The notes under the pieces are model-generated. The model did not search any database and had not been told where the DNA came from. It saw nothing but the letters and a program-made list of their open reading frames with translations. The translations under genes and the position numbers were made by a program. 64,000 bases of DNA from NCBI GenBank assembly GCA_963735285.1, contig CAVTKN010000013.1:5758-69757 (forward strand), given 5' to 3'. This document shows positions 38,556 to 47,534 of this stretch, piece by piece; positions within the stretch are counted from its first letter, which is position 1, and each line of letters opens with the position of its first letter. Origin of the DNA: an uncultured Alphaproteobacteria bacterium (lineage in GTDB: Bacteria; Pseudomonadota; Alphaproteobacteria; Rhizobiales; Xanthobacteraceae).

Positions 38556-40116
38556 TGCTGGCTATCGTCGCGATCATCGCGGCCCAGACTTTCCGCGATT
38601 ACGGCCTCGGCTGGGACGACTACACCCATTCGCAATATGGCGAGCTGCTGCTCAAGCTCTACGGCTCGGGCTTCACCGACGATCGCGCGCTCACCTTCGT
38701 CAATCTCTACAAATACGGCGGCGGCTTCGACATGGCGGCCGCATTGGCCGCCAAGGTGCTGCCGTTCGGTCTGTTCGAAACGCGGCGGCTGGTTGGCGCC
38801 GCCGTCGGGATCATCGGCCTGATCGCGACCTGGCGCATCGGCCGCCGTCTCGGTGGACCGGTGGCCGGGCTGGTGGCGTTGCTGCTGCTGGCGACCTGCC
38901 CGCTCTACTACGGCCACATGTTCATGAACGCGAAGGACGCGCCCTTCGCCGCCGCCATGGCCGTGCTGTTGCTCGGCCTGGTGCGCGCATTCGACGAATA
39001 CCCGAAGCCCGGCGTGCGCACGGTTGCGCTCGTCGGCGTCGGCCTCGGACTTGCGTTCGGCTCGCGCATCCTCGCGGGGATCGCGGCGCCCACCGCGCTC
39101 GTCGCGCTGCTGGTGATCGTGATCGACGAAGCGCGCGCCTCCGGATTGCGCAAAGCCGCAACGCGGCTCGGCGAATTCATCTGGTGCCTGCTGCCGGCGC
39201 TGGCGCTCGGCTACCTGATCATGGGGCTGCTGTGGCCCTGGTCGATCGTCTCCCCGCTCAATCCGCTGCACGCCGCCGAATATTTCGACACGTTCTTCGA
39301 GAAACCCTGGCGCGAGCTGTTCGCCGGCCAGCTGATCCCCGTCACCGACATGCCGGTGCGCTACCTGCCGCAGCTGTTCGCGCTCAAGCTGCCGGAAATC
39401 ATGATTGCGCTCGGCCTTGCCGGCGCGATCGGCGCGCTGGTGGCCGCCACGCGGCCGAATTTGCCATTGCCGCGCCGCGCGAATTTCTGTTCGTGGTGCT
39501 GGCGGCATTTTTCCCGGTGGGGCTCGCAATGCTGGCGCACCCTGCCCTCTACAATGGCCTGCGCCATTTCGTGTTCGTGGTGCCGCCCTTTGCGGTGCTC
39601 GGCGGGCTGGCCGGCGGCTGGCTGTTCGCGCAGGCGCGTGCGATCCCTGCGCGCGCCGCGCTCGCAGTTGCGCTTGCCTGTGGCATCGCGCTGCCGGTGA
39701 GCGACATGGTGCGGCTGCATCCTTATCAATACAGCGCCTTCAACTGGGCTTCCGGCGGCGTGCGCATGGCGCACGACAACTACATGCTCGATTACTGGGG
39801 GCTCGCCTTCAAGCAGGCGGGCGAAGCGCTGCGCGTGAAACTCGACGCCATGCATCTCAAGCCGCCGCGCGGGCGGCGCTGGACCATCGAGATCTGCGGG
39901 CCGCAGCCGCCGGCGGAAGTCGCGCTCGGGCCTGACTTCGAAACCACCTGGGACCGCAAGCGCGCGGATTTTGCGATGATGCTCGGCACGTTTTATTGCC
40001 GCGACCTGAAGGCGCCGGTGCTGGTGGAGATCAAGCGCGAGGGCGTCGACTTTGCCCGCGTCTACGACATGCGCGGCCGCGCGATGCCGAACTTGCTGAC
40101 CGAACCACCGCCGTGA
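38525..40116 (+). pseudogene. glycosyltransferase family 39 (ArnT/PMT-like) membrane protein, frameshifted
   Basis: ORF 38525-39700 is good to ...LPEIMIALGLAGAIGALVAATRP. The sense continues in the ORF 38542-40116 frame as EFAIAAPREFLFVVLAAFFPVGLAMLAHPALYNGLRHFVFVVPPFAVLGG... The junction is about 39450-39460. Confidence 0.7.
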
Positions 40117-40843
40117 GCTGCGTAACCAGGAGGCAATGCCTCATCGTCATGGCCGGGCAACCGGGTCCGGCCGGAGGCCGGCCCGGCTGTAAACTTGTCG
40201 CGGCCATCCCGCTTAGGGAGGCACTGCCTCTCACGCCGTCATTGCCGGGCTTGACCCGGCAATCCATGAGGCTGCTCGACAAGTACAGCGGTACGTAAGG
40301 CCCTTCTACCTTGCCGCTCATCATGGATGCGCGGGTCAAGCCCGCGCATGACGCCGGGTGTATGGCACAGCCTCTCAACGTCATGCCCGCGCTTGTCGCG
40401 GGCATCCCGCTTAGGCGAGCACTGTGCTCCCTAAGCGAGATCACCGGGACAAGCCCGGTGATGACAGTCACCGCCCGTCCGCACACCTCCGTCGCAATCG
40501 CATGCGCCTCATTGGCGGCCGGGATGCCGCAATACAACGTGAGCAGCAGCAGCACTTCCTGGATCTGCTCCGGCGTGCAGCCGTTCTTGAGCGCGCCCTT
40601 GAGATGCACGCGCAATTCATTGGGATGGCCGGCCGCCGCCATCATCGCCACCATCGCCAGCGATTTCGTCGCCGGCGGCAGAGCCGAGCGCTGCCACACA
40701 TCGCCGTAAGCATAGGCATTGATGATGTGCTGGAGCGGCTTGCCGAAATCGCCGAACGCGTTCATGCGTTTCTCGACCGCCTCGCGGCCGAACATGTCGA
40801 CGCGCAGCTTCAGCCCGCGCTCGTGAAGCTCTTTCTCGTCCAT
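40031..40843 (-). CDS. carboxymuconolactone decarboxylase (AhpD-like) family protein; the ORF is artificially extended through repeats
   Basis: Only the first ~125 codons (40465-40843: MDEKELHERGLKLRVDMFGREAVEKRM...GCTPEQIQEVLLLLTLYCGIPAANEAHAIATEV) look native. The rest translates the 40138-40467 repeat cluster (VITGLVPVISLRE...). Confidence 0.7.
   Translation of the reverse strand: MDEKELHERGLKLRVDMFGREAVEKRMNAFGDFGKPLQHIINAYAYGDVWQRSALPPATKSLAMVAMMAAAGHPNELRVHLKGALKNGCTPEQIQEVLLLLTLYCGIPAANEAHAIATEVCGRAVTVITGLVPVISLREHSARLSGMPATSAGMTLRGCAIHPASCAGLTRASMMSGKVEGPYVPLYLSSSLMDCRVKPGNDGVRGSASLSGMAATSLQPGRPPAGPGCPAMTMRHCLLVTQLTAVVRSASSASRGRACRRRGQSRRPRA
40138..40467. repeat. family A cluster (five units including one nested variant)
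   Basis: GTCATGGCCGGG[CAACCGGGTCCGGCCGGAGGCCGGCCCGGCTGTAAA]CTTGTCGCGGCCATCC; GTCATTGCCGGGCTTGACCCGGCAATCC; ATGGATGCGCGGGTCAAGCCCGCGCATGAC; GTCATGCCCGCGCTTGTCGCGGGCATCC; CCTAAGCGAGATCACCGGGACAAGCCCGGTGATGAC. Confidence 0.85.
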
Positions 40844-40933
40844 CGCCGTTTCCTTTCCCGATTGCCGTTCGCGTCCGCGCCCGTCTAGAATGAACTATGA
40901 CATATTTTTCCTCAGCCGCCTGACCGTCCACTC

Positions 40934-41908
40934 ATGATCAACGCCGCCGTGATCGGCCTCGGACGCTGGGGCAAGAACATCGTCGAATCCGTGCAGGGCA
41001 AGAGCAAGCGCCTGCATTTCATCCGCGGGGTGAGCAAGGAGCCCGAGCTGGTCGCCGATTTTGCCAAGGCGAAAGGCTTCGAACTCACCACCAGCTTCGA
41101 AGAAGCGATCGCCGATCCGCGCGTGCAGGCGGTGTTTTTGGCCACGCCGCATTCGCTGCACGTTGAGCAGATTTCCGCGGTGGCGGCCGCCGGCAAGCCG
41201 GTCTGGTCCGAGAAGCCGCTGGCCCTCACGCGCGCCGAGGCCGCGCGCGCCATCGCCGCCACGCAAAAGGCCGGCGTGCCCTTCGCGCTCGGCAACAACA
41301 AGCGCTGCTTTTCCTCGATGCGCGAGCTCAAGCGCGTGGTGGCCGACGGCACCATCGGCGAGGTGATGCATATCGAAGGCAATTTCACCAACGAGCACTC
41401 GACCCGCGTGAAAGGCGGCTGGCGCGACGACCCGCGTGAGTCTCCCGGCGGCGGCATGACCGGCGCCGGCCTGCATATCATCGACGCCTTCGTGAACTTG
41501 GCCGGGCCGATCGCGGCCGCCGGCGGACGGCTGTTTGCACCGAAGGCGCCGCCCGACCCGCGCGATGCGGCCGCCGCGCTGTTCAAGTTCGAAAGCGGCG
41601 CCACCGGCACCATGGCGACCGTGCGCGCCGCGCCGATGTACTGGCGCATCATGGTGTTCGGCACCAAAGGCTGGGCGGAGGCGCGCGAGGAAACAACGCT
41701 CACCGTCGCCAAGGTCGGCGAGCAACCGGTGACGCAGGTCTATCCGGCGGTCGATTCCCTCGGCGTGCTGCTGGAGGCCTTCGGCGAGACCATCGAAACC
41801 GGCAAGCCGTTTCCGGTGTCGACCGACGACATGCTCGACGTCGCCGGCGCCTTCGAGGCGGTCATCCGCTCGATCGCGGAGGGCCGGCCGATTCCGGTGA
41901 CGCGCTGA
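40934..41908 (+). CDS. Gfo/Idh/MocA family NAD(P)-dependent oxidoreductase
   Basis: The N-terminal Rossmann motif is MINAAVIGLGRWGKN. 324-aa intact ORF typical of the family. Confidence 0.85.
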   Translation: MINAAVIGLGRWGKNIVESVQGKSKRLHFIRGVSKEPELVADFAKAKGFELTTSFEEAIADPRVQAVFLATPHSLHVEQISAVAAAGKPVWSEKPLALTRAEAARAIAATQKAGVPFALGNNKRCFSSMRELKRVVADGTIGEVMHIEGNFTNEHSTRVKGGWRDDPRESPGGGMTGAGLHIIDAFVNLAGPIAAAGGRLFAPKAPPDPRDAAAALFKFESGATGTMATVRAAPMYWRIMVFGTKGWAEAREETTLTVAKVGEQPVTQVYPAVDSLGVLLEAFGETIETGKPFPVSTDDMLDVAGAFEAVIRSIAEGRPIPVTR

Positions 41909-41912
41909 AATT

Positions 41913-42078
41913 TGTCCGTTCGTCCCCGCAGGCCGAACGGGAGTATCTAGCAGGGCTGCGAGCAACTAGGTCCCCGCTTCGTCCCCGCGAAAGCGGGGAT
42001 CCGGGGCCGCAACTACGTCGCGGAGCTCACACTCGTTCGGCATCGGTGGGTCCCCGCGTCTCGCGGGGACGAACGGAA
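41913..42078. repeat. family B cluster (three to four units)
   Basis: CGTTCGTCCCCGCAGGCCGAACGGG ... GGTCCCCGCTTCGTCCCCGCGAAAGCGGGGATCCGGGG ... GGGTCCCCGCGTCTCGCGGGGACGAACGG. Confidence 0.75.
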
Positions 42079-42191
42079 TGAAGGAGAGCCGAACCTGCGA
42101 TGGCGAGAGCAGAAAACATCCTTCGAGATTCCCGTCTTCGCGGGCGACGAAGGAGTGCGGCGCAAGCTTCGGCGGCATGCGGCTAGCTCTG

Positions 42192-43166
42192 CTACTGCTT
42201 GTCGATGCTGGCCGCTTCGCGCACCGCATCCCAGCGCTTGTATTCGCTCGTCATGAAATCGCCGAAGGCCTGCGGCGTCGATGCCTGGACGATGACGCCG
42301 GCGGTTTCCAGCCGCTTGCGCACCGTGTCGTCGGCCAGGCTCTCGTTGAGCACCTTGTTGAGCCTGGCGATCACCGGCGCGGGCGTGCCGCGCGGCGCGA
42401 ACAGGCCGTACCAGGTGGTCACGTCGTAACCGGGCAGCACGCCGGATTCGCTCGCCGCCGGAATATTCGGCACCGCCGGAAAGCGGTCTTTGCCTGTCAC
42501 GGCGAGCGCCTTGAGCTGGCCCGACTGCACCTGCCCGATCAGCGCCGAGACCGTGTCGAACAAAACGTCGGCGTGCTTGCCGAGGACCGCGTTGATGGCT
42601 TCCGGCGAGGTCTTGAACGGCACGTGCAGCAAATCCACCTTGGCGGTCTGCTTGAACATCTCGCCGGCGAAATGCTGTGTGGCGGCAAAGCCGGGGCTCG
42701 CGAACACGATCTTGCCGGGATCGGCCTGGGCGGCGGCGACCAGCTCCTTCACGCTGTTCGCCGGAAAATCCGGGCGCGTCACGATCAACAGGCTGGCGGT
42801 GGCAATCTGGCCGACCGGCGCAAAAGCCGTCAGCGTGTTGTAGCGCATGGTCTTGCGGGTGACGGCGGCGATGATCTGGCCCGCCGTCATGATGCCGAGC
42901 GTGTAGCCATCGGCCGCAGCGCTCGCGACTGCTTCATTGCCGATGATGCCGCCGGCGCCGGGCTTGTTCTCGACCACCACCGGCTTGCCGAGCTTGCTCT
43001 GCATCGAATCCGCCAGGATGCGGCCGATGATGTCGGCGCCGCCGCCCGGCCCGAACGACACGATGATGCGGATCGGCTGCTGCGGCCAATCCTGCGCCGA
43101 AGCCGGACCCGCGGCCATCATGATTGCGGCAACCGCTGCCAAAGAAGTTTTCAAGAATGTTTTCAT
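42192..43166 (-). CDS. tripartite tricarboxylate transporter substrate-binding protein (Bug/TctC family)
   Basis: ATG 43166 follows GAAGGGG. The signal peptide is MKTFLKTSLAAVAAIMMAAGPASA. PIRIIVSFGPGGGADIIGR...ENKPGAGG is the Bug-family signature. Confidence 0.85.
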   Translation of the reverse strand: MKTFLKTSLAAVAAIMMAAGPASAQDWPQQPIRIIVSFGPGGGADIIGRILADSMQSKLGKPVVVENKPGAGGIIGNEAVASAAADGYTLGIMTAGQIIAAVTRKTMRYNTLTAFAPVGQIATASLLIVTRPDFPANSVKELVAAAQADPGKIVFASPGFAATQHFAGEMFKQTAKVDLLHVPFKTSPEAINAVLGKHADVLFDTVSALIGQVQSGQLKALAVTGKDRFPAVPNIPAASESGVLPGYDVTTWYGLFAPRGTPAPVIARLNKVLNESLADDTVRKRLETAGVIVQASTPQAFGDFMTSEYKRWDAVREAASIDKQ

Positions 43167-43176
43167 GAGCACCCCT

Positions 43177-44076
43177 TCACGCTTTCTTACCCCGGCGCCG
43201 CACTTCCTGAATGATCGCGCTGTTGTCGAGATCGGCTTCGCCGGCGCGCACGCAAGCCTCCAGCACGTCGACATGCACTTCGAGCGTCGACAGTTTCTGC
43301 CCGACGGCGGCGGCCTGGTCGAGCATCAGGTGCGCGTCCTTCAGCGTCTGCTTGACGCGGCCCTCCGGCGAAAAATCGCCGCGCACCATTTTCGGTCCCT
43401 TGGTCTCCATCACTTGCGAATAGGAGGCCGAGCCGCGCGCCACCTCAAGGAAAGCGGCGGGATCGAGCCCGAGCCGCTCGGCGAACACCAGGCCTTCCGC
43501 CAGAGCGAGCCGGTTGAGGCCGAGGATCAGGTTGACCGCGAGCTTGGCGCGGCCGCCGTTGCCGACTTTGCCGACGTGGAAGCGGCGGACAAACAGCGAA
43601 TCCAGCACCTCGGCAACGTCGTCAACGATGGCCATGTCGCCGCCGATCAGCGCCACGCCGTCGCCGCGGCGCACCTGATCGCTGGTGCCTGACACCGGCA
43701 CATCGAGATAGCGGATGCCGCGCGGGATGACGCGGCCGGCAAGCGCCGCGACGCGATCGGGATCGACCGTGCTCATGCACAGCACGATCTTGTTCGAGCC
43801 TTCGCCCAGCGCCGGCAGCAGATGGTTCTCGACGACGTCCTCGACCTGTTCGGTGTTGAACACCGCGATGATGATGCAACGCGCGGCCTTTGCGAGCGCG
43901 GCGATGGAGTCGGCCGGCTTGCCGCCGATCAAAGCCAGCCGCGAGCGCCGCGCGGCATCGATATCGTAGCCGGTGACGGGAATCTTCTTGTCCAGCAGGC
44001 GTTTGGCGTAGACCTCGCCCATCAGCCCGAGACCGACAATGGCGACGGGACCTTGGTCACCTTGGCGCTCAGCCAT
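43177..44076 (-). CDS. NAD(P)-dependent oxidoreductase, 3-hydroxyisobutyrate dehydrogenase-like
   Basis: ATG 44076 gives MAERQGDQGPVAIVGLGLMGEVYAKRLL (a GxGxxG motif). The family's C-terminal helical domain is present. It overlaps the upstream gene by 8 nt. Confidence 0.8.
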   Translation of the reverse strand: MAERQGDQGPVAIVGLGLMGEVYAKRLLDKKIPVTGYDIDAARRSRLALIGGKPADSIAALAKAARCIIIAVFNTEQVEDVVENHLLPALGEGSNKIVLCMSTVDPDRVAALAGRVIPRGIRYLDVPVSGTSDQVRRGDGVALIGGDMAIVDDVAEVLDSLFVRRFHVGKVGNGGRAKLAVNLILGLNRLALAEGLVFAERLGLDPAAFLEVARGSASYSQVMETKGPKMVRGDFSPEGRVKQTLKDAHLMLDQAAAVGQKLSTLEVHVDVLEACVRAGEADLDNSAIIQEVRRRGKKA

Positions 44077-44929
44077 GCGCAAAATCCCAATAGAGCTCGC
44101 GCGCCTTGCGATAGAGCGGGCCCGGCTGCAGCGAGCGCGCATCGATGCGGTTGACCGGCATCACCTTGGAATAGTTGCCGGAGGAAAAAATCTCATCGGC
44201 ATCCTGCACGTCGCGGAAACTCAGCGTGGTCTCGACCACGCTCACGCCGGCCTCGCGCAGCAGCCTGATCACGCGTTGCCTTGTGATGCCGTTGAGAAAC
44301 GTGCCGTTGACCGCCGGCGTAAAGACCACGCCGTCCTTGCCGATGAACAAATTGGCGGTGGCGAGCTCGGCGACGTTGCCGATCTGGTCGAACATGACGC
44401 AATTGCCGAAGCCGCGCGAATTTGCCTCAATCAATGCGCGCGCATTGTTCGGGTAAAGACAGCCGGCCTTGGCGTCGACCGGCATGCATTCAAGACTCGG
44501 CTTGCGAAAAGGCGACAGCGTGATCGAAAAGCCTTCCGGTTGGCGCATCGGCGCCTCGTAAAGGCTCAGGCACCATTTGGTCGATTCCGGATCGGGCGCC
44601 ACCAGCAGCGCGCCGCTGTGTTCGGCCCAATACATCGGGCGAATATAGAGCGCAGCATCCTTGGCGAAGCGCTTGATGCCGTCCTGCGTGAGACCGAGCC
44701 ATTTGTCCGCCGACACGACCGGCTTGAGGTGCATGGTCTCCGCCGAGGCATTCACGCGCGCGCAATGCAGATCGAGATCGGGCGACACGCCCTCGAAGGT
44801 GCGGGCGCCGTCAAACACCGACGAGCAGAGCCAGGCGGCGTGATCGCGCACGCCCATGATCGGCACGTTCCCCTCGTGCCAATCGCCTTCGTAGAAGGTC
44901 CAGGTCTTCGACCAGCTCTGTCCGGGCAT
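44069..44929 (-). CDS. class IV (branched-chain amino acid / D-amino acid) aminotransferase
   Basis: 286-aa ORF with ...LYIRPMYW...AKAGCLYPNNARALIEA...ELATANLFIGKDGVVFTP...LNGITR..., typical of fold-type IV PLP enzymes. Confidence 0.8.
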   Translation of the reverse strand: MPGQSWSKTWTFYEGDWHEGNVPIMGVRDHAAWLCSSVFDGARTFEGVSPDLDLHCARVNASAETMHLKPVVSADKWLGLTQDGIKRFAKDAALYIRPMYWAEHSGALLVAPDPESTKWCLSLYEAPMRQPEGFSITLSPFRKPSLECMPVDAKAGCLYPNNARALIEANSRGFGNCVMFDQIGNVAELATANLFIGKDGVVFTPAVNGTFLNGITRQRVIRLLREAGVSVVETTLSFRDVQDADEIFSSGNYSKVMPVNRIDARSLQPGPLYRKARELYWDFAHG

Positions 44930-45009
44930 TGCAAATCTCCGTCACCTGTGGCGCGATCTTATGTCAGCCTCCATGGAAAAGACCATGGGATCCTTGGTGG
45001 GAGGAATTG

Positions 45010-45666
45010 ATGTCGATCTTCGTTTTCGATGCCTATGGCACGCTGTTCGATGTGCACGCGGCGATTGCGCGCCACCGCGCCGAGGCCGGCCCCGAGGCCG
45101 ACCGCATGTCGGAGATCTGGCGCAGCAAGCAGCTCGAATACAGCTGGACGCTGACGCTGGCCGGCCGCTACCGCGATTTCTGGACGCTGACCCAGCGCGC
45201 GCTCGACTTCGCGCTGGAGCGCGTACCATCGGTGCCGAAGGCGCTCAAGCCGAAGCTGCTCGACGCCTATTTCAAGCTCGATGCCTTCCCGGACGCGCGC
45301 GCCATTCTGCGCACGCTCAAGAGCCGCGGACACAAGACCGGCATTCTCTCCAACGGCTCGCCCGACATGCTCAAGGGCGCGGTGGACGGCGCTGCGATCG
45401 GCGACGATCTCGATGCTGTGCTGTCCGTCGATGCGCTGAAAATGTTCAAGCCGCGGCCGGAGGTCTACGCCATCGTCACCGACCACTTCCAATGCAAGCC
45501 TGGCGACGTGACGTTCGTGTCATCCAACCGCTGGGACGTGATGGCCGGGACCTCGGTGGGTTTCCGCACCTGCTGGATCAATCGCGCGAAAATGCCGGAC
45601 GAATATCCGGATTTCCCGCCGGCGCAGATGCTGAGCGACTTGAGCGCGCTGATGCACAGCGTCTAA
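45010..45666 (+). CDS. haloacid dehalogenase type II (HAD superfamily)
   Basis: ATG 45010 follows [20 protein letters not shown] is HAD motif I. ...SNGSPDML... and ...FKPRPEVY...FVSSNRWDV... fit L-2-haloacid dehalogenases. Confidence 0.8.
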   Translation: MSIFVFDAYGTLFDVHAAIARHRAEAGPEADRMSEIWRSKQLEYSWTLTLAGRYRDFWTLTQRALDFALERVPSVPKALKPKLLDAYFKLDAFPDARAILRTLKSRGHKTGILSNGSPDMLKGAVDGAAIGDDLDAVLSVDALKMFKPRPEVYAIVTDHFQCKPGDVTFVSSNRWDVMAGTSVGFRTCWINRAKMPDEYPDFPPAQMLSDLSALMHSV

Positions 45667-45748
45667 AACTTTCGTCGCATCGTTTGGGCTGGCGCTCCCG
45701 GGTTCCACGGACTATATGGCGGTTTCGTCCCGCCACTATTGCCACCAC

Positions 45749-46675
45749 ATGCAGCCCATCATTTCCGTCAAAAGCCTGTCGAAAAGCTACGCGTCCGGCT
45801 TCCGGGCGCTCAAGGACATCAATCTCGATATCCGCCGCGGCGAAATTTTCGCGCTGCTCGGGCCAAACGGCGCCGGCAAAACCACGCTCATCGGGATCAT
45901 TTGCGGCATCCTGGTGCCGACGCAGGGCAAGGTCATCGTCGACGGCCACGACATCATCACCGATTATCGCGCGGCGCGTTCGCTGATCGGCCTGGTGCCG
46001 CAGGAACTGCACACCGACGCCTTCGAGAGCGTGTGGGCGACGGTGTCGTTCAGCCGCGGCCTGTTCAACAAGCCAAAGAACCCCGCCTATATCGAGAAGG
46101 TGCTGCGCGCGCTGTCGCTCTGGGACAAGAAAGACAACAAGATCATGACGCTCTCGGGCGGCATGAAACGGCGCGTGCTGATCGCCAAGGCGCTCAGCCA
46201 CGAGCCGCAGATCCTGTTCCTCGACGAGCCGACAGCCGGCGTCGACGTCGAACTGCGCAAGGACATGTGGCAGGTGGTGCGCGAGCTGCGCGATTCCGGC
46301 GTCACCATCATCCTCACCACGCACTACATCGAGGAAGCCGAGGACATGGCCGACCGCGTCGGCGTGATCAACAAAGGCGAAATCATCCTGGTCGAGAACA
46401 AGGCCGAGCTGATGCGCAAGCTCGGCAAGAAGCGCCTGACGTTGCAGCTTCATCAACAGCTGGCCGCGATCCCCGCCGAGCTCGCGACGTTCAAGCTAAC
46501 GATCGGCAAGGATGGCACCACACTCATCTATGACTATGACACCAAAGCGGAACGGACCGGCGTTGCAACGTTGCTCGGCGAATTGTCGCGCGCGGGCTTG
46601 CGGATTCGCGATCTTCAGACGGAGCAAAGTTCGTTGGAGGACATTTTCGTCGGACTGGTGAGTGACAGACGATGA
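45749..46675 (+). CDS. ABC transporter ATP-binding protein (ABC-2 exporter type)
   Basis: Walker [10 protein letters not shown], signature [14 protein letters not shown] and Walker B ILFLDEPT are present. The gene is coupled to an ABC-2 permease. Confidence 0.85.
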   Translation: MQPIISVKSLSKSYASGFRALKDINLDIRRGEIFALLGPNGAGKTTLIGIICGILVPTQGKVIVDGHDIITDYRAARSLIGLVPQELHTDAFESVWATVSFSRGLFNKPKNPAYIEKVLRALSLWDKKDNKIMTLSGGMKRRVLIAKALSHEPQILFLDEPTAGVDVELRKDMWQVVRELRDSGVTIILTTHYIEEAEDMADRVGVINKGEIILVENKAELMRKLGKKRLTLQLHQQLAAIPAELATFKLTIGKDGTTLIYDYDTKAERTGVATLLGELSRAGLRIRDLQTEQSSLEDIFVGLVSDRR

Positions 46676-47433
46676 ACCTGAGAGCCGTCACCGCGATCTA
46701 CACCTTCGAAATGGCGCGCACCGCGCGCACCATCTGGCAGAGCATCGTGTCGCCCGTCCTTTCCACGTCTCTTTATTTCGTGGTATTCGGCGCCGCCATC
46801 GGTTCGCGCATCACGGAAATCGAAGGCGTGTCCTACGGCGCCTTCATCGTGCCGGGGCTGATCATGCTCACGCTGCTCACACAGAGCACCATGAACGCCT
46901 CGTTCGGCATCTATTTTCCACGTTTCACCGGAACGATCTACGAGATCCTGTCGGCGCCGGTCTCGCCGTTCGAAATTGTGCTCGGCTATGTCGGCGCGGC
47001 GGCGACCAAGTCGATCATCCTCGGGCTGATTATCCTCGCAACCTCCTGGCTATTCGTGCCGTTGCGCGTCATGCATCCGTTCTGGATGGTGACGTTTCTG
47101 GTGCTGACGGCGGCGACCTTCAGCCTGCTCGGCTTCATCATTGGTATCTGGGCGGAAGGCTTCGAAAAGCTCCAGATCGTGCCACTGCTGCTCATCACGC
47201 CGCTGACCTTCCTGGGCGGGACGTTCTATTCGACCAGCGTCCTGCCTCCGGTCTGGCAAACAATCGCGCTGTTCAATCCTGTGGTTTACCTGATCAGCGG
47301 CTTCCGCTGGAGCTTCTTCGAGATCGCCGATGTGAGCCACAGCATCAGCGTGGGCATGACACTGCTGTTCCTCGCCGCCTGCCTGGTCACGGTCTGGTGG
47401 ATGTTCAAAACCGGCTACAAGCTAAAAAAATAG
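46672..47433 (+). CDS. ABC-2 type transporter permease
   Basis: 253-aa, 6-TM protein. The start overlaps the ATPase stop (ATGA). Confidence 0.85.
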   Translation: MNLRAVTAIYTFEMARTARTIWQSIVSPVLSTSLYFVVFGAAIGSRITEIEGVSYGAFIVPGLIMLTLLTQSTMNASFGIYFPRFTGTIYEILSAPVSPFEIVLGYVGAAATKSIILGLIILATSWLFVPLRVMHPFWMVTFLVLTAATFSLLGFIIGIWAEGFEKLQIVPLLLITPLTFLGGTFYSTSVLPPVWQTIALFNPVVYLISGFRWSFFEIADVSHSISVGMTLLFLAACLVTVWWMFKTGYKLKK

Positions 47434-47534
47434 CTCCTCACATTTGCGTGGGCGCGAATAAAACTGCCGCCGGCGGGTTATGTTCGGGTTGGGACCGCTG
47501 AAGTCCTCGAAAGAGCAACCCGGGAGGTTACCTT

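Noticed and set aside
4756-40116. Programmed ribosomal frameshifting or transcriptional slippage as the explanation for the split genes.
   Set aside because: There is no shared slippery heptamer or downstream structure. The shifts go in both directions and occur at unrelated sequences. The affected families are not known to use recoding.
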